Shown one piece after another: positions 27,560 through 40,168 of a DNA stretch of 64,000 nucleotides; position 1 is the first letter of the stretch, and each line of letters begins with the position of its first letter. Under the pieces are notes generated by a model that searched no databases, was not told the DNA's origin, and saw only the letters and a program-made list of their open reading frames with translations. The position numbers and the translations under genes were made by a program. This stretch comes from Parasitella parasitica NRRL 2501 (lineage: Eukaryota > Fungi > Mucoromycota), in the NCBI GenBank assembly GCA_025201805.1, contig MU619237.1:427552-491551 (forward strand), given 5' to 3'.

Positions 27560-30380
27560 GTACATTCTTTTATCGTTTTTGAGAAAGAAAAAAAGGCCAA
27601 GCAAATGATAAATATCATGGTGATTGTAATAATTCATATTAAGGTTTCTGGTAGCCAAGAAGTTTCTGAGAGAAGAGAAATGTCTCCCTAAAAGGATTAT
27701 AAGTGGCAATTGCTTTGTTTTTGTCCAAAATGAAAATAAAAAAGAGTGTGTGTTGTAAAATAAGCTATCTTTAAGTTCAAGATAGTCTTAAAAGATTTTA
27801 CGGTTGTCTTTGATAAACGTTTGTGATTCTGGGTGTAAGTGGATCTGTTGACTTTGGATCAAAAACCTTTAATTGGATTCAAGAACGGAGAGCAAGGTTG
27901 AAGATAAACACATTTATGTCCTTGGGATTTCATAAATTTTTATAAAAATATTTTTTTATGAATGGATGTGTTATCCCCGTGGCAGATTGCTTCCTTTTCT
28001 CTAGCATTTTCTTATACCTTCAGTTGATTTGGCGTCTTCTAATGTAGAGGGTCTTGTCAGAGTAGTACCAAGCTGGGTTCTGTATACCCAGTTGTATGCC
28101 ATCTTCTCCATAATATTGGAATGGTTCAAGAGTGTGCGTCTTTGTAAAGCCAGAATGGATTTTGGACGCCTGATTTTTTTTGGTCTACGCGGACTTCATT
28201 GTGTTATGGTCAGAAAAAAGACAAAAACTGTAAGAAAACAATGTTTAGCGATCTCAAACACAAAAAAAATTAGTTCGAAGTAATAAATTGGTATTTTTAA
28301 GTTGACATCAGATGATGGTAGCAACTTTCTGACTTTTTTGGGAGAAATATTTTTCAAAATCGTAGCGTGGGATCGTCAGGTCAGGTACAGTCATTTAAGT
28401 GCTACCATTGGAAATTAAAAAATCACACTATTTAAATAAAAAAAGCTGAAATCGTGTTTCTTTTGAATTGAATAAGCTATGGCTTCTCAAAGCTAATGCT
28501 TTCTTCAAAAAAGCACCATTTTTTCTTTGATAGCGGAGATTAAACCCGTCCAAAATCAGGAAGGGAAAATTCTTTCAGAAACTCCATTTGGACAATTAAA
28601 AAACAAAATTACTTCTTAGAGGCAAGATATCATCTTCTGGTACTATGTATACCACGGCTGTCAGTCTATGATAATAGCTGTATAGTTGTGCACGCTACAC
28701 GATGGTGTTGATTTCATAATTCCCGTATGCCTATGGAAGGGATTCTGCCGAAAAACCTCAAAAACAGATTAAGAGGGAAAAATCAATATTTTGCTTAATC
28801 AGAGCGCATTTTCAGTCTTTCAGATCAAGGATTGGTCTTTTACGATCATTTTCCTCTAATATATTCTATAGTAAAAAGTTGCATTTTTGAGGTCAAAATC
28901 GAGGATAATGCATAATCGATGATTTTGGATGCGTGGATACAAGGAAAAAATCGAAAAAATCCTTCATTTTGCATCGAAAAAAAAACCATGCTCAAATTGC
29001 ACCAAAATCATATATAATATAGTTTTTAATCAATGGATACTATTTTTTGCGTTTTTAGGGCACTTTCAATTATAAAAATTAATCTAAAGTGGTACACGAA
29101 GGTAAATTTCTTGCTTTTAAGCTGTAAAAAATATCTACTTGGAGATGACATTACGTCGACATCAATTCTAGTACATGACATAGCTGTATAAAGTAAGTAA
29201 TTTTGATACCACAAGTATACATTTCCTCATAATAATATGATCAGACAAGTGTGGCCCATCGAGTTGGAAGCAGATGAGGATAGTCGATGAATACAATGTT
29301 TTGCTGTAACAATCCCTTGCTATTTGTGAATAATTCAGAAGTGGCTAATTGCTAGTGACAGAGAAGCCCTATTACCTTGTTGCATATAATAATGCTTAAT
29401 GCCAGTTCAACAGCTCCTTTTTTTTGTGATTCTAAAGCTAAGCATGTAAAATAGAAAGTAAAGTAGAGGTTATGATTGAGATTGAGGGTAATTTTACTAA
29501 CAAAAGGTAAGCTTCATAATAAGCTTCTGATAGATTCCATGTTCCAGGCATTACGGTAGAGTATCAAATTCTGAATAGGGGATAAACCGTTATATCGAAC
29601 TCCAACCTATCCGTTATATTCTTTCCTTTATATTGGATATGCAGACTTAACTCAACAGGTGGAGCATAAAAATCAAAATGCTAAGTTATAAAAATAGATA
29701 TTGCCGTTTGCTTAAAAATGCTATGCTTTTTGAGAAGATATATAATTAAATGAGAAAAAAAAAAAGAAATGGCTAGTTTAAACTTAAAAATAAACTGCCA
29801 TTGTGTAAATGCATAACTTGGCGGATACGTACAACTAAATGCCTTATTAGTTTGCAGTTTGATAGTTTGACACTTTGATGGTTTTTTAATTAGATGACTA
29901 ATTTCTAATCAGCATTTAAACATTATGCAATTCGAAAAATTTGTATCGTGGCCCGTTGATGATTGTTCACTTTCAAGCTCTGAAGTACATGTCAATAGCT
30001 TTGATAAAAAAATTTCATTGCGTTAAAAAATGGGACAATAAAAAACCCAAATAGTCATTCATTTAACCATACCAAATGCTCTTGCGCAATGGTTGTTTGA
30101 TTAAAAATAAAATAGTTAGAGTGTCGCTTTTTCGCATATCATTAAAATGTTCTTTTCTCGGGCATTTTTAATCTAAAATAGAAATCTAAAAGATGTGATT
30201 ATATTTAAATACTTCTTCTCCCTACTTGAAATCTTCTTAGGAGACATTTCTCTTCACTCAGAAACTTCTCAGCTTTGATCAGAAATAAAAGGTTTATTAT
30301 CAGAAACCCTAACAATATTATCACAAACACCGTGACATTTATCATTTACTTGAACTTTTTTTTTCAGAAACCATAACGCC
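27560..30380 (-). mobile_element. Degenerate Tc1/mariner (IS630-like DDE) element bounded by ~150-bp degenerate inverted repeats
   Basis: Minus-strand relic DNTSIHK ... KSQGHKCVYLQPCSPFLNPIKGF*SKV (27975-27845) resembles the DDE_3 consensus DNAPIH...YLPPYSPFLNPIEEFWSKVK. 27560-27710 is an inverted match to 30220-30380 (core ggagacatttctcttc.ctcagaaacttct). Confidence 0.72.
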
Positions 30381-30513
30381 CACGATAAGTTTTCCTACAA
30401 TAAAATTAAAAAATCAAAGGCTATCCCAGCTAATCCGAACCAAAATTCCAAAAGCTTTACTAAAAAAAGAAAAAAAAAGATAACTAATTATATGTATATA
30501 GCGAATATTTATT

Positions 30514-31985
30514 TTAACAATAATCAGCAAACAGAATATGGCTTTGTTGTATAATAAATTCAACTGTGTTTATCATCTCGCCCATTTGCTGTTCTTCATT
30601 TCCAGCAATAAATCGAAGTAATGTGGGACCAAAGACAACAGCTAAATTTTTATAGGTCATACGGTTCGTAGACTGATTTTCGTGTACCCTTCATCAAATA
30701 ATGAGCGCCTGGAATCATGATAAAATTCTAATAAAAAGTGAACGTTACCTCTTTAAATGTTGTACAAGGAATTTAATTGTACAATAAGATTCCGTTGCCA
30801 TATTATGAAGTAAAATATAAGTCTTGTTCAGACGGTCTTGATCATTCAGACAATGTGGCACTACACATAGACAATAAAATTAATTGGGTAATCCATGTAA
30901 TTAACCTCCAAATTTACGAACATTTAAAGTCATTAGGGATCAATGGTGTGGGTAACTCTCTAAAATATAGCTTTAATAAGCCGGTGATTACATTAATGTC
31001 TTGATATTTGCAAAGTTGAGGGTCTCTATTCTCATCAAATGCGTCCTGAAGCTCTTTGACTTGCGCAAGTGTGCCTGATTTTCGGTATATTCCTTCTACT
31101 GTTAATCCTCTTGCTTCTACTTCTCTGACACATTTCAAAACAATCAAAGGGATGGCTGAGTTTTCGGATCTTGCTTGCTGAATCAAGTCATTTCCGAATA
31201 TCAAATCTATTGTTGCTTTAAGGTTAGTGTCTGTCAAGGCTAGGCATATTCAGAGATGCCTTACTCTTTTTTCTTTTGTAAACGTTGTTGCTATTATCAT
31301 CAGCCAGCTGATGAAGTCTACTATTAGATTGTGGAGACGATATTACCACAGCAGGATGCAGAATTGAATCAGATGATGGCGGGCATATATCATCTTTTAT
31401 TGGTTCTGATATTTGTAATAATGATGTACTTTGAGGTTGTGATTCCTCTTGTGGCTGTCGCGGATGTTGCCTTCTTTTTCTACTAGACAAACGAAGGCTA
31501 ATCTGACGAAAAAGGCCGGTTTCCTTCTTGACAGGTGCATCTGTATTACTAGCGATGTCTGTGCTCATAACAGTATCATTGATGGTCGTGTTTAATTTAG
31601 CAGGTGGTAACGGAGGTGTAGGAGGGCTGATTGCTGTTGTTAATGGCTGATCTACCAAAGTGACACCGACGATTGGGCCGTAATTATCTTGATGTGGTAC
31701 TGATGATGTAGGTTGATTATACATGAATGCGCTAATATGATTTTCCTTTTCAGCAATGGTTCTAGCCAAGGCGTCATTCTTTGCATTAAGATTTATAGCT
31801 TTTTGATGTAATTTAAGGACCTCTTGAACTAATTCCTCACGTGCCATGGATAGTTTTGAATTTTGCTGTATGGCAGCTTCGATATCTTTGTCCAGCGCAT
31901 TTAATCGGCGTGTGTAGTAGCTCTCAATCGTCTCCCAGTAGTGCTTGTGATTTCTACTTGATTTGTTTGTTTGTTGTTCCAGCAT
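30514..31985 (-). CDS. RhoGAP domain protein with N-terminal coiled coil
   Basis: IFGNDL..IPLIVLKCVREVEARGLTVEGIYRKSG, DINVITGLLKLYFRELPTPLIP, NRMTYKNLAVVFGPTLL. An intron at ~31220-31264 joins the two track ORFs. Confidence 0.9.
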
Positions 31986-34054
31986 TTCAGCACTATATGG
32001 CTGTTTTGCGTCTTGATCGAGTCCCGAATCGGCGAAAAATGTTCTATAAATGGTAGTTGTATTAATTTACATGAAATAATTAGAGGGGATTTCGTATCCC
32101 AAGTGACAAAAGGGGTTGCTTAATTACCGGCAATTGGAAGCTTTCAAGTCATTTTCATAGAAAGATGAAATTGTGTGTCTCTTTGTTATGTCATTGCTTT
32201 TTAACTGTAGTAGTAAACGATGGATTTAGTACAATAATCTCTGAGACACATATTACCCATATCACACTCACTGAAAATTTGCGCTCCAGTGAATCACATC
32301 TTTGTGGCCGGGGAATTGTTATAGAAGTAACCACTGCAGCTGGACTTTGACAGATCATTTTGTAGAAAAAGAAAGAGAGAGGAAAGAAAAAGAAAAAATG
32401 TGTCCATTAGGCATTTTATAATGAATTTTGTTCGAGACTTCTACATCACAAATATTGCAGTGTATGACAGGTTGGCAAAATCATCAGGAGATTCAATTTA
32501 GTCAACTTTCCAGCAAATTCAAAATGATCTTCGTTTCTATCAACGTACTAGATTATCGGGCTTTGTCTGTTTTGGGGTCACTTGGTGTATCTGCTCGATC
32601 CAGGTACTTCATGTGGTATCATCACCAGTAAGTTGAGATCATCTCGTATTTATATGAAATGAAGCAATTAAACAATGTCATAGGATTTGTAACTATTCAT
32701 CCTTTATTGTGCTCTTTTGAAGTATCCTAAAATATAATTAGATGATGAGTAAATATATTATACCCGGCTTTTTTTTTACATCATCTTTTGCAGTACAAAG
32801 TCTATTTTTAGTCGTTCGATTTATATTAGGAACGAAATTTTTGAAAGAACGGTTTGTTAATGCAGGTACACAAAATTGACAGGGACGATGACCTTATATT
32901 CACGTTCTTTTCCCTGTTTGACTGGACATGTCTGAAATTTGAGATGCGCTTTTCTAGATTTTACAAAGAGATATACAGTAAATAGGTTCCTTAGAATGCA
33001 AAAAGTTGAATCCAAGGAGATAAACAGAAGGCAAGTAAGCAATCTTTGCAATTTAACGGATACATGAGCCAAGTTGGACGCTTCATCTTGAATGTCTTTT
33101 GCAGTGATGGTATTTATGAAGGTGAAATTCTACATCCGATCAATTTCTACTCACTGATGTAACATAGACATCCTGACTAGTACCATTTTCCAATCAACAT
33201 ACAGTCATTCGCTTGTCAGCACATATGAGGGGTTGTCATATTCCGGATCAGATGGCAAGGACGATCTCGGAGTCCACCTATTTGACGAGCGAATCGTACA
33301 GGAAGACTTATCATGTATAAGAGTTTTTATCTGGGGCAAATCGCTCTGCTAGCCATTGCCATTGTTAACGGCTTTGAAAGAGATACATGGTGATGTTATT
33401 TGCTTTGATACCGTAGAACCAGAATCATATCCAGCATGGGAAGCATTAGAAGTTTACATATATTCGTTCTATTGTCTTAGCAGCAACATATCCTCAAATA
33501 CTGCTCAAACTGAACTCTGAGCTGTCTTTACCACGACCAACATTGGTTTTTTCCATCTTTCTTTGTGGTAGCACATCTGTCAAGTCTTTTTTATATTTAT
33601 TTAAGCAAATCTGACTTAACCAGGCTCAAATCTTTATCATTGATCAATGCAAACGGCAAAAACTACAGCTTGTTGGGGTAGCATGCGCTGTTGTTCATGT
33701 ATATTAATATATAATATCGACTATCATTTTGTTTCTATTATATATTGCGCAGGCATTTCTCCTTTTTATTTTTATTTTTTTCAAAGCAGGCATCCTGACA
33801 TATCCTCATCAGCATTTAGACCAACATGTAGCAATTATACATTCAAACTGACAGTTGACACGTACTGCTTCAAAATTGCTTGTGTTTGAAAAAGTTCGAA
33901 ACTATTTTGCTAAAGAATCAATTCAACACTGTAATGGTTGACTTAATGCAATAAAGATTACGTTTATGCTACCCATTACCGACTTTCAGCATTTTTAAAT
34001 ATACAAATATTCAGACACAAAACATATTAAACTGTCGAGATGCTATTGTTCTAT

Positions 34055-35019
34055 CTAAGCTGTATTATTATTCTCTGTGGTAATTGTATTAATATGAGAT
34101 GATGAACCGCCGTAATTTTCAGTAGTCTCAGCTTGCAAGTGGTCATCATCTACTACTATAGCGTTAGCATTATTGCTGAGCTTCTTTTTATAAGCTGGCG
34201 GCGGAATCATCTCATAGTAGGAGGGCAATTCTTCGTCTCGTTCATTGTTATTAGGTCGATAGGTGGATAAGCGAGGAGTTCCATTTGTAGTAACAATTCT
34301 GGATTGGTAATTAGTGCTTGCTGATTGAGATGCTGCACTGTTACTGCTTGGCGGTGAGTAGTACTTTTCGCTTTTGCAGAAGATAAATGGCAACCATAAT
34401 CCACACCCGACCAAAATGCCGATGGACGTAATGTTGTACGTTACAATGTCTATAGTATTAAAAATTGCATTTTAGATACTATATTTGGCCACTTCAAAGA
34501 TATATATATGTAAATATATGTATCAACGCTTACAGTAAAAACTATTGGGGTCTTGAATGAACCATGATGTAAGAGCTCTAAAGCATATCGATGCCAGCGA
34601 AAAAATAATACAGGCACCAGACACTTTCCAGGTGTTATTAAACAATACATATCTCAAATTTCGTGCTATTAATGCTGCTACAGATATTTGTATGATGGCC
34701 ACAATGATCACTAACAGGCTCTGATTTAATTTAATCAGTACATAATCACCTCGTAAATGACATATATAAGTAAAGCTCAACTTACTTGGCCTGTATATTC
34801 TACCATTGAAGTTGAGGCTGGATATTTCTTGTATCTCGCATTACTAACTTTTATCAGGTATTAGCGTCAAAGTCGACTCTCTTTTCTTCGCTCTCTTTCG
34901 CTCTCTTTCGCTCCTGCTAGTATACACTTACTAGCTTCTGTAACGATGACAATTGTTTGAATTATAACTTCAAGGATCAGTATCAGTCTTGCTGTAAAAA
35001 GTGCATTGAATACACTCAT
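34055..35019 (-). CDS. Small ~4-TM membrane protein with C-terminal PY motifs (LPSY, PPAY), 4 exons
   Basis: Exons chain in frame: MSVFNALFTARLILILEVIIQTIVIVTEA / SNARYKKYPAST.. / SLLVIIVAIIQISVAALI..CIIFSLASICFRAL / YNITSIGILVGCGLWLPFIFC..EELPSYYEMIPPPAYKK. Confidence 0.7.
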
Positions 35020-35801
35020 TGTTGCGGGTTCGAAGCATATGCTATCGCAATTAATGAAAAGAAGAGGCATTTTATATGTAAGCGATAACCTCTGGGTGGT
35101 ATTATAATTACAGCAGTTTGCTCATGTGTAACGTTACCTCACAAATAGCGAAGTAAAATGGCTCAGCAACAAAGCGTTTACAGAATTTTCAAGCCAGATT
35201 GTTCTACTGTAAGTAAGCAATGAAATGAGCAAATTTCTTGGCAAATTTTAGCTTGATTTATATGATTGTATAATGGTATCAGCTTTAAGAGAAGAGAAAC
35301 TAGATATAGAGAAATGGGAAATTTGTAAACTGATACTCCAGTCATTGTAAAAACTGGATTTAGCACTATAACCTATTTAGAAACTGTAACGACCAAGTAA
35401 TGCGTTTTATTCTAATGCTGCCATTGAAGACTAGAGTTTAGTGAGGGAAGCAATGTGCCTATGCCCGGTTTATTTATCAAGCTTCTCTTTCTTTCCTTTA
35501 GCCACCTTTAATATATAGCTTATACCCGGAAGTCATATATAAAGTAGAACCATTAAATACACCAAATCTGTTGCTCAAAAGCCAGCAGATATTTTTAAAT
35601 GTTCAAGTCTGGATATTTAGGAACTAGGTAGCTCTACGGAAACTCGAGGCGTTTCATGGCATGACAATACAGGCACGATTTGTGCTGAGTTGAAAGACCA
35701 ACAAACAAGGTCATTTGAGCGACCATCTCTTGGTTGTTGTATTAGTAGAATGCAGATTGGTATTCAGCACCTCTTTTTCTCATTTCATTAATTTATGCAA
35801 A

Positions 35802-38800
35802 ATGTCGCGTATACAAAACTACCTCAGTCCAGAATTTCTAGCCTCTGGTCTAAGTGCAGAATTCAACGATTTTGTCACCAAAATTACTAAGGCCGAAAGT
35901 AAAACCGTAAGCGGCATTCATACTGACACTGGAATCACTCTGAAAGCGCATATTTATTGTTAGGAAGAAACAAGCCTTGCAATTGAGGAACTGGCTAAAC
36001 TAGCTTCTAGGATGGGATCTCCTGATGTATCTTCAGTAAGTTGCAGATAAGTCAAGGATACAATCCATATATATTCTGACCAAAGAAGCATGACAGACAA
36101 GAATGAGAGACTACATCACAAGACTGATACACTGCTTCATGTTGGGCTACAATATTGAATTTGGCATTATTTACGCTATCATGGCATCTCAGAGCGGTGA
36201 TACTGCACTAGATAGAAGAGTCGGTGTGTGATAATGGCAAAACATTCATCAGCGCACATCTTACTCACCTCTGCCTTAGGATATCTCGCATGCAACTTGT
36301 TTTTAACAGAGAACCATGAACTAGGAATCATGTTGATTAATACGCTGCAGAGAGATCTGAAAAGTCAAAACTATCTAGATAAATGTGCTGCGTTGAACGC
36401 TATATGCTATATAGATCATACAGAAATGCTGGACAATGTTTTGGATTTGGTAATCCAAACAATGGATTTCCCCAAGTAAGTGTTATCGATGTGTTGGTAT
36501 ACATATAGTCTCAAAGTATTTCGTAGACAAATTGTGCGCAAAAAAGCTGTTGCCGCACTCTATTTTCTTTATGAAAAATCCTCGATTGATATAGAGCGAA
36601 TCGAGGAACCACTACGAAAAGCATTGGAGGACATGGACTTGGGTGTGGTATTCTCAGCCTTGTCAGTATGGAAAAATATTCTTTTACAACATGCATCCAA
36701 ATTTGAAGATATGCTACCTAGATTTCACGCAATTCATAGACAAATCATGGAAAGACGGATACATAAATCATTTATTTACCATGGCGTGTATGCTCCTTGG
36801 GCACAGTTGGAGTGTTTAGAGATTTACAAAATATATCAAAACTCAAGCATTGGGTAATTTTCGTTGAGTAAAATGATTACAGTTGGCTCAGGGAACTCAG
36901 TTAAAATTTATAGATCTCCAAGAGACTTTTACAAAATAATCATGGAATGTATTCAGTGCGTGGAGAAAAAAGTAGATGCAGCATTTGGTATGTGTGCTTC
37001 AAATTTGACAAAAGCATTGAACTGACTGCTGAAGAAAGCCATTATTCTCGAATGTATCAAATTACTTGCATCTATCGATTCACTTTTATTAAGCACATTA
37101 TCGGTGCCTGAAGAAAACCCGTTCGAAGTACTAGTCCCTTATTTGGCCTCATCAAATCACAACTTGAAGTATTTAGGGTTGTTGGGAATATCATTCATAG
37201 ACGAGACTTTTTGGAAAAAGGACTGGTTGGATGGCACACTGCTAGCAAGCATTATTGAATCATCTCACGACGATTATACTATCATTGCCCAATCTGTGGA
37301 AAACCTGGATGCCATTGTAGATGACCGGGTTCTCCGAAATGTATCACCCAAAATGACAGAGGCGATGTCTCAAAATTATGACAACAAGCAGAACAATACG
37401 ACTATTGCTTATTGGCTTATCAACCGTATCATCGAATATAATACAGAGCCTGATTCGAGGTTTGTGGAGACTATTCTGCTTGTCTTGGCTGAATCGAGGA
37501 AGAATCTGAATGAGGATTATCTAGAGTCCAAGTGCAGCTTATTAAAGAATGGTAAAATATTACATTCATTTGTAAGAATCATGCTAAATTGACATGTATT
37601 TTTATATAGTTTTGACAGAAAACACAGAGAATAGCAGCGTAAGAGAAATTGCGGTGAACACATCGTACAGTTTGTTGAGTAAGGCCAATTCTGAGGCTAG
37701 ATATTCGCCATTATTATTGCAACTTATGATTTGGGTGAGTGATGGCTATGCATGTCTTTTTATGTACTACTAACAAACACTTTTAGATGCTCGGTGAAAA
37801 TGGGTACTTATCCTCCAACCATACTGATTTGGATATAATGAGGGAATTACAAAAATGGATTCAACTTGTTCAAGGTGACAAAAACTGGGAAAACGCATCA
37901 AGTTGAAGAAGTAAATTAATGGTATATATAGACGAGTATTTACAGACTTGTGGACTACAGGCTATCAAGCAATGCATTATGCGTTGCAAAAAGTGGTTGT
38001 CTGGATTAGACGCGATGTTGAGGGAGTACAAGAGGTCAGCTGTACCAGAGAAACAGGAAGTAGGTGCCCTGGTTCAGGCTTTTTTATACACATGCGCACT
38101 GCTATTTATACATGCTTAACTATAGATTTCGAAAGAATTGCTCGTTATTATATCTAACGATAGTTTTGAAAAAGAGTTTCAAGAAATTTCGACATCACAA
38201 GCACCTACAGAAGAGGTAAATTGAGAGCGTACGGATAACCTACTTGTCTTTATTAATCAGACCAGCTTTTTGCAAATCCTAATCGACCGAAAACTATTGG
38301 AAAGTACACGACAGGCACCACGAAAGATGATCAATGTACGTTTTACAATTGCAAGCATAATAATATTTATCTAAAAAATACATGTGATAAGACTTTTTTC
38401 ATACAGGTCATAAAGCAAGGAATTGTCGGCAGTCATCACCGTGTAAAAGCAATGACTCATTACATGTAAGAATCGCTATCATTTGATTCCAAACATTTCG
38501 TATAGTTGATAGAATAACTTGTAACATCTAAAAATAGCCAAAAACAAAGGCCTCGAACAGCGCCTCGTTTCCTATAGGTAACTATAATTGCAACGAATTT
38601 GTAAAAAAAATTGACTCATCAGATTATTTTTTTACTGACAACAGAGGTAATAGTTTATGATACATATTTACCAGGCATATTGTTTCTAATAGACATGAGG
38701 TAGCCTGATCTCGTCTCCAGCTTAATTGATCTTGAGTTACAGGACGATGAAGACGAAATATTATCGACAAGCGAGTTTGGCCAGTTGTGGGTACAGTATT

Positions 38801-39039
38801 CAGTGGAAAAAAAGCTCAAATTTGAATGCTCAATAACTCGGTGCGATATACTGGCTAAAAAACTAAGCAAAACATGGCAAATACGCATAATTCAGGTGAT
38901 TGGACAAGAGTTCATCGCTGTTGCTGGTGCTGTGTTGATCCATATTGCCATGTTACCAAATCACCAATTCGAATTGACCTTGAGATCAGCTCAACACACG
39001 CAACAAGTAGCACAATTCCTATCCAAAATACAGTTGTGA
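35802..39039 (+). CDS. AP4E1: AP-4 adaptor complex subunit epsilon, many exons
   Basis: FNDFVTKITKAESK-EE, RDYITRLIHCFMLGY, RRVGYLACNLFLTENHELGIMLINTLQRDLKSQN, YHGVYAPWAQLECL, SNHNLKYLGLLGI and the appendage-platform-like SEFGQLW. Exons at 38350-38700 are uncertain. Confidence 0.85.
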
Positions 39040-39479
39040 AGAAAGCCCTTTATTATGATACATGGACGGTTTCTTTATTTAGTAGATTTCAATGTTTCCA
39101 AACACTAAAAAATTGACAACATTTTGCGTCTGAATAAGGAGTTTTGTTGTACCCTACAAAAGGCGTAATCAAAGACATGCAATAGTGCTTCCTTCTCCTC
39201 GATCTCAAGCCGTTTATCACTACGTTTTACCATGAATAAAAAACCCCTATTTTTAATTTATTATCCGTACTACGTGAACCCATTGATAGCTTTCTTTTAT
39301 AGGTTTTTATTTTGGAGTTTGTATAAAAGTTCCTCAAAGAAGAAAGAAACCGTGGAAAGAAAATGAAACGATGGGAGGCGGATAACAATATATAAAGACA
39401 TGCAAGACAAACACGCTATAAAAAAAAGTATCCATGCTGGAACTACCATGGATTATGATACGAATTAACTATTGACAGA

Positions 39480-40168
39480 TCATTTTTGGCGATTATCACC
39501 ATACAAATTGGTTGTTCCCTAAAAATATGGAAAAAAAAACCAGAGTGTGTGAGTTTCCTGGAAGGCACTCCGAAACTCTTAAACTTACCATAGAAGGCGA
39601 TGCATTTATGGATCCATTCTCCATTGAAGCATCAGGCGCATTTAAGCAAGATTGAATCAAATTTTTGCCTTCAGGTTTGGTTACCAATGGTTGCAACTTG
39701 GGTGTAGTAAATGTGTATACAAGCCCTGTCTCAGATACAACAAGCAACAAGACCTGCGTCCCAGTTAACGTACTCAGTTCGTATGCCTGACAATAACCGT
39801 TTAGTCAAACGCGGCGAAAGCCCTATAACTCTGTTTCATACCTTCTTCATAATACCAGCCTTTCTTTTTGAAAATGTAATGTGTCGTCTTGTCTTGTCTT
39901 CGATATATTCTATCTTAATCTTGCGACGGCCTGATCTTCTCTGTGGCTTCTTTTCATCTTCATCCAATTCCTCATCATCCAAACCATCTTGACCATTATC
40001 CATGATCAGCTGTGGTTGTGGTTGTGCCTGCTGTCTTGGTATTTGTCTTGTTGGTAAAGGCGATGTTTGTGGTTGTTGCTGCTGCTGCTGTTGTTGTTGT
40101 TGCTGCTGCTGCACCATGTAGGCTTGCTGCTGCTGATTTGGTGGTGGATAATAACCGGTAGATTGCAT
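39480..40168 (-). CDS. MCM1: SRF-type MADS-box transcription factor (Mcm1-like)
   Basis: GRRKIKIEYIEDKTRRHITFSKRKAGIMKK-AYELSTLTGTQVLLLVVSETGLVYTFTTPKLQPLVTKPEGKNLIQSCLNAP, with a Gln-rich N-terminus. Confidence 0.93.

Noticed and set aside
31220-31264. Apparent frameshift between the RhoGAP ORFs
   Set aside because: Explained by an ordinary GTAAGG...CTAAC..AAAG intron.
32860-33560. Coding-like composition in the RhoGAP/membrane-protein intergenic region
   Set aside because: All frames examined are interrupted and there is no recognisable motif; possibly an unidentifiable relic.
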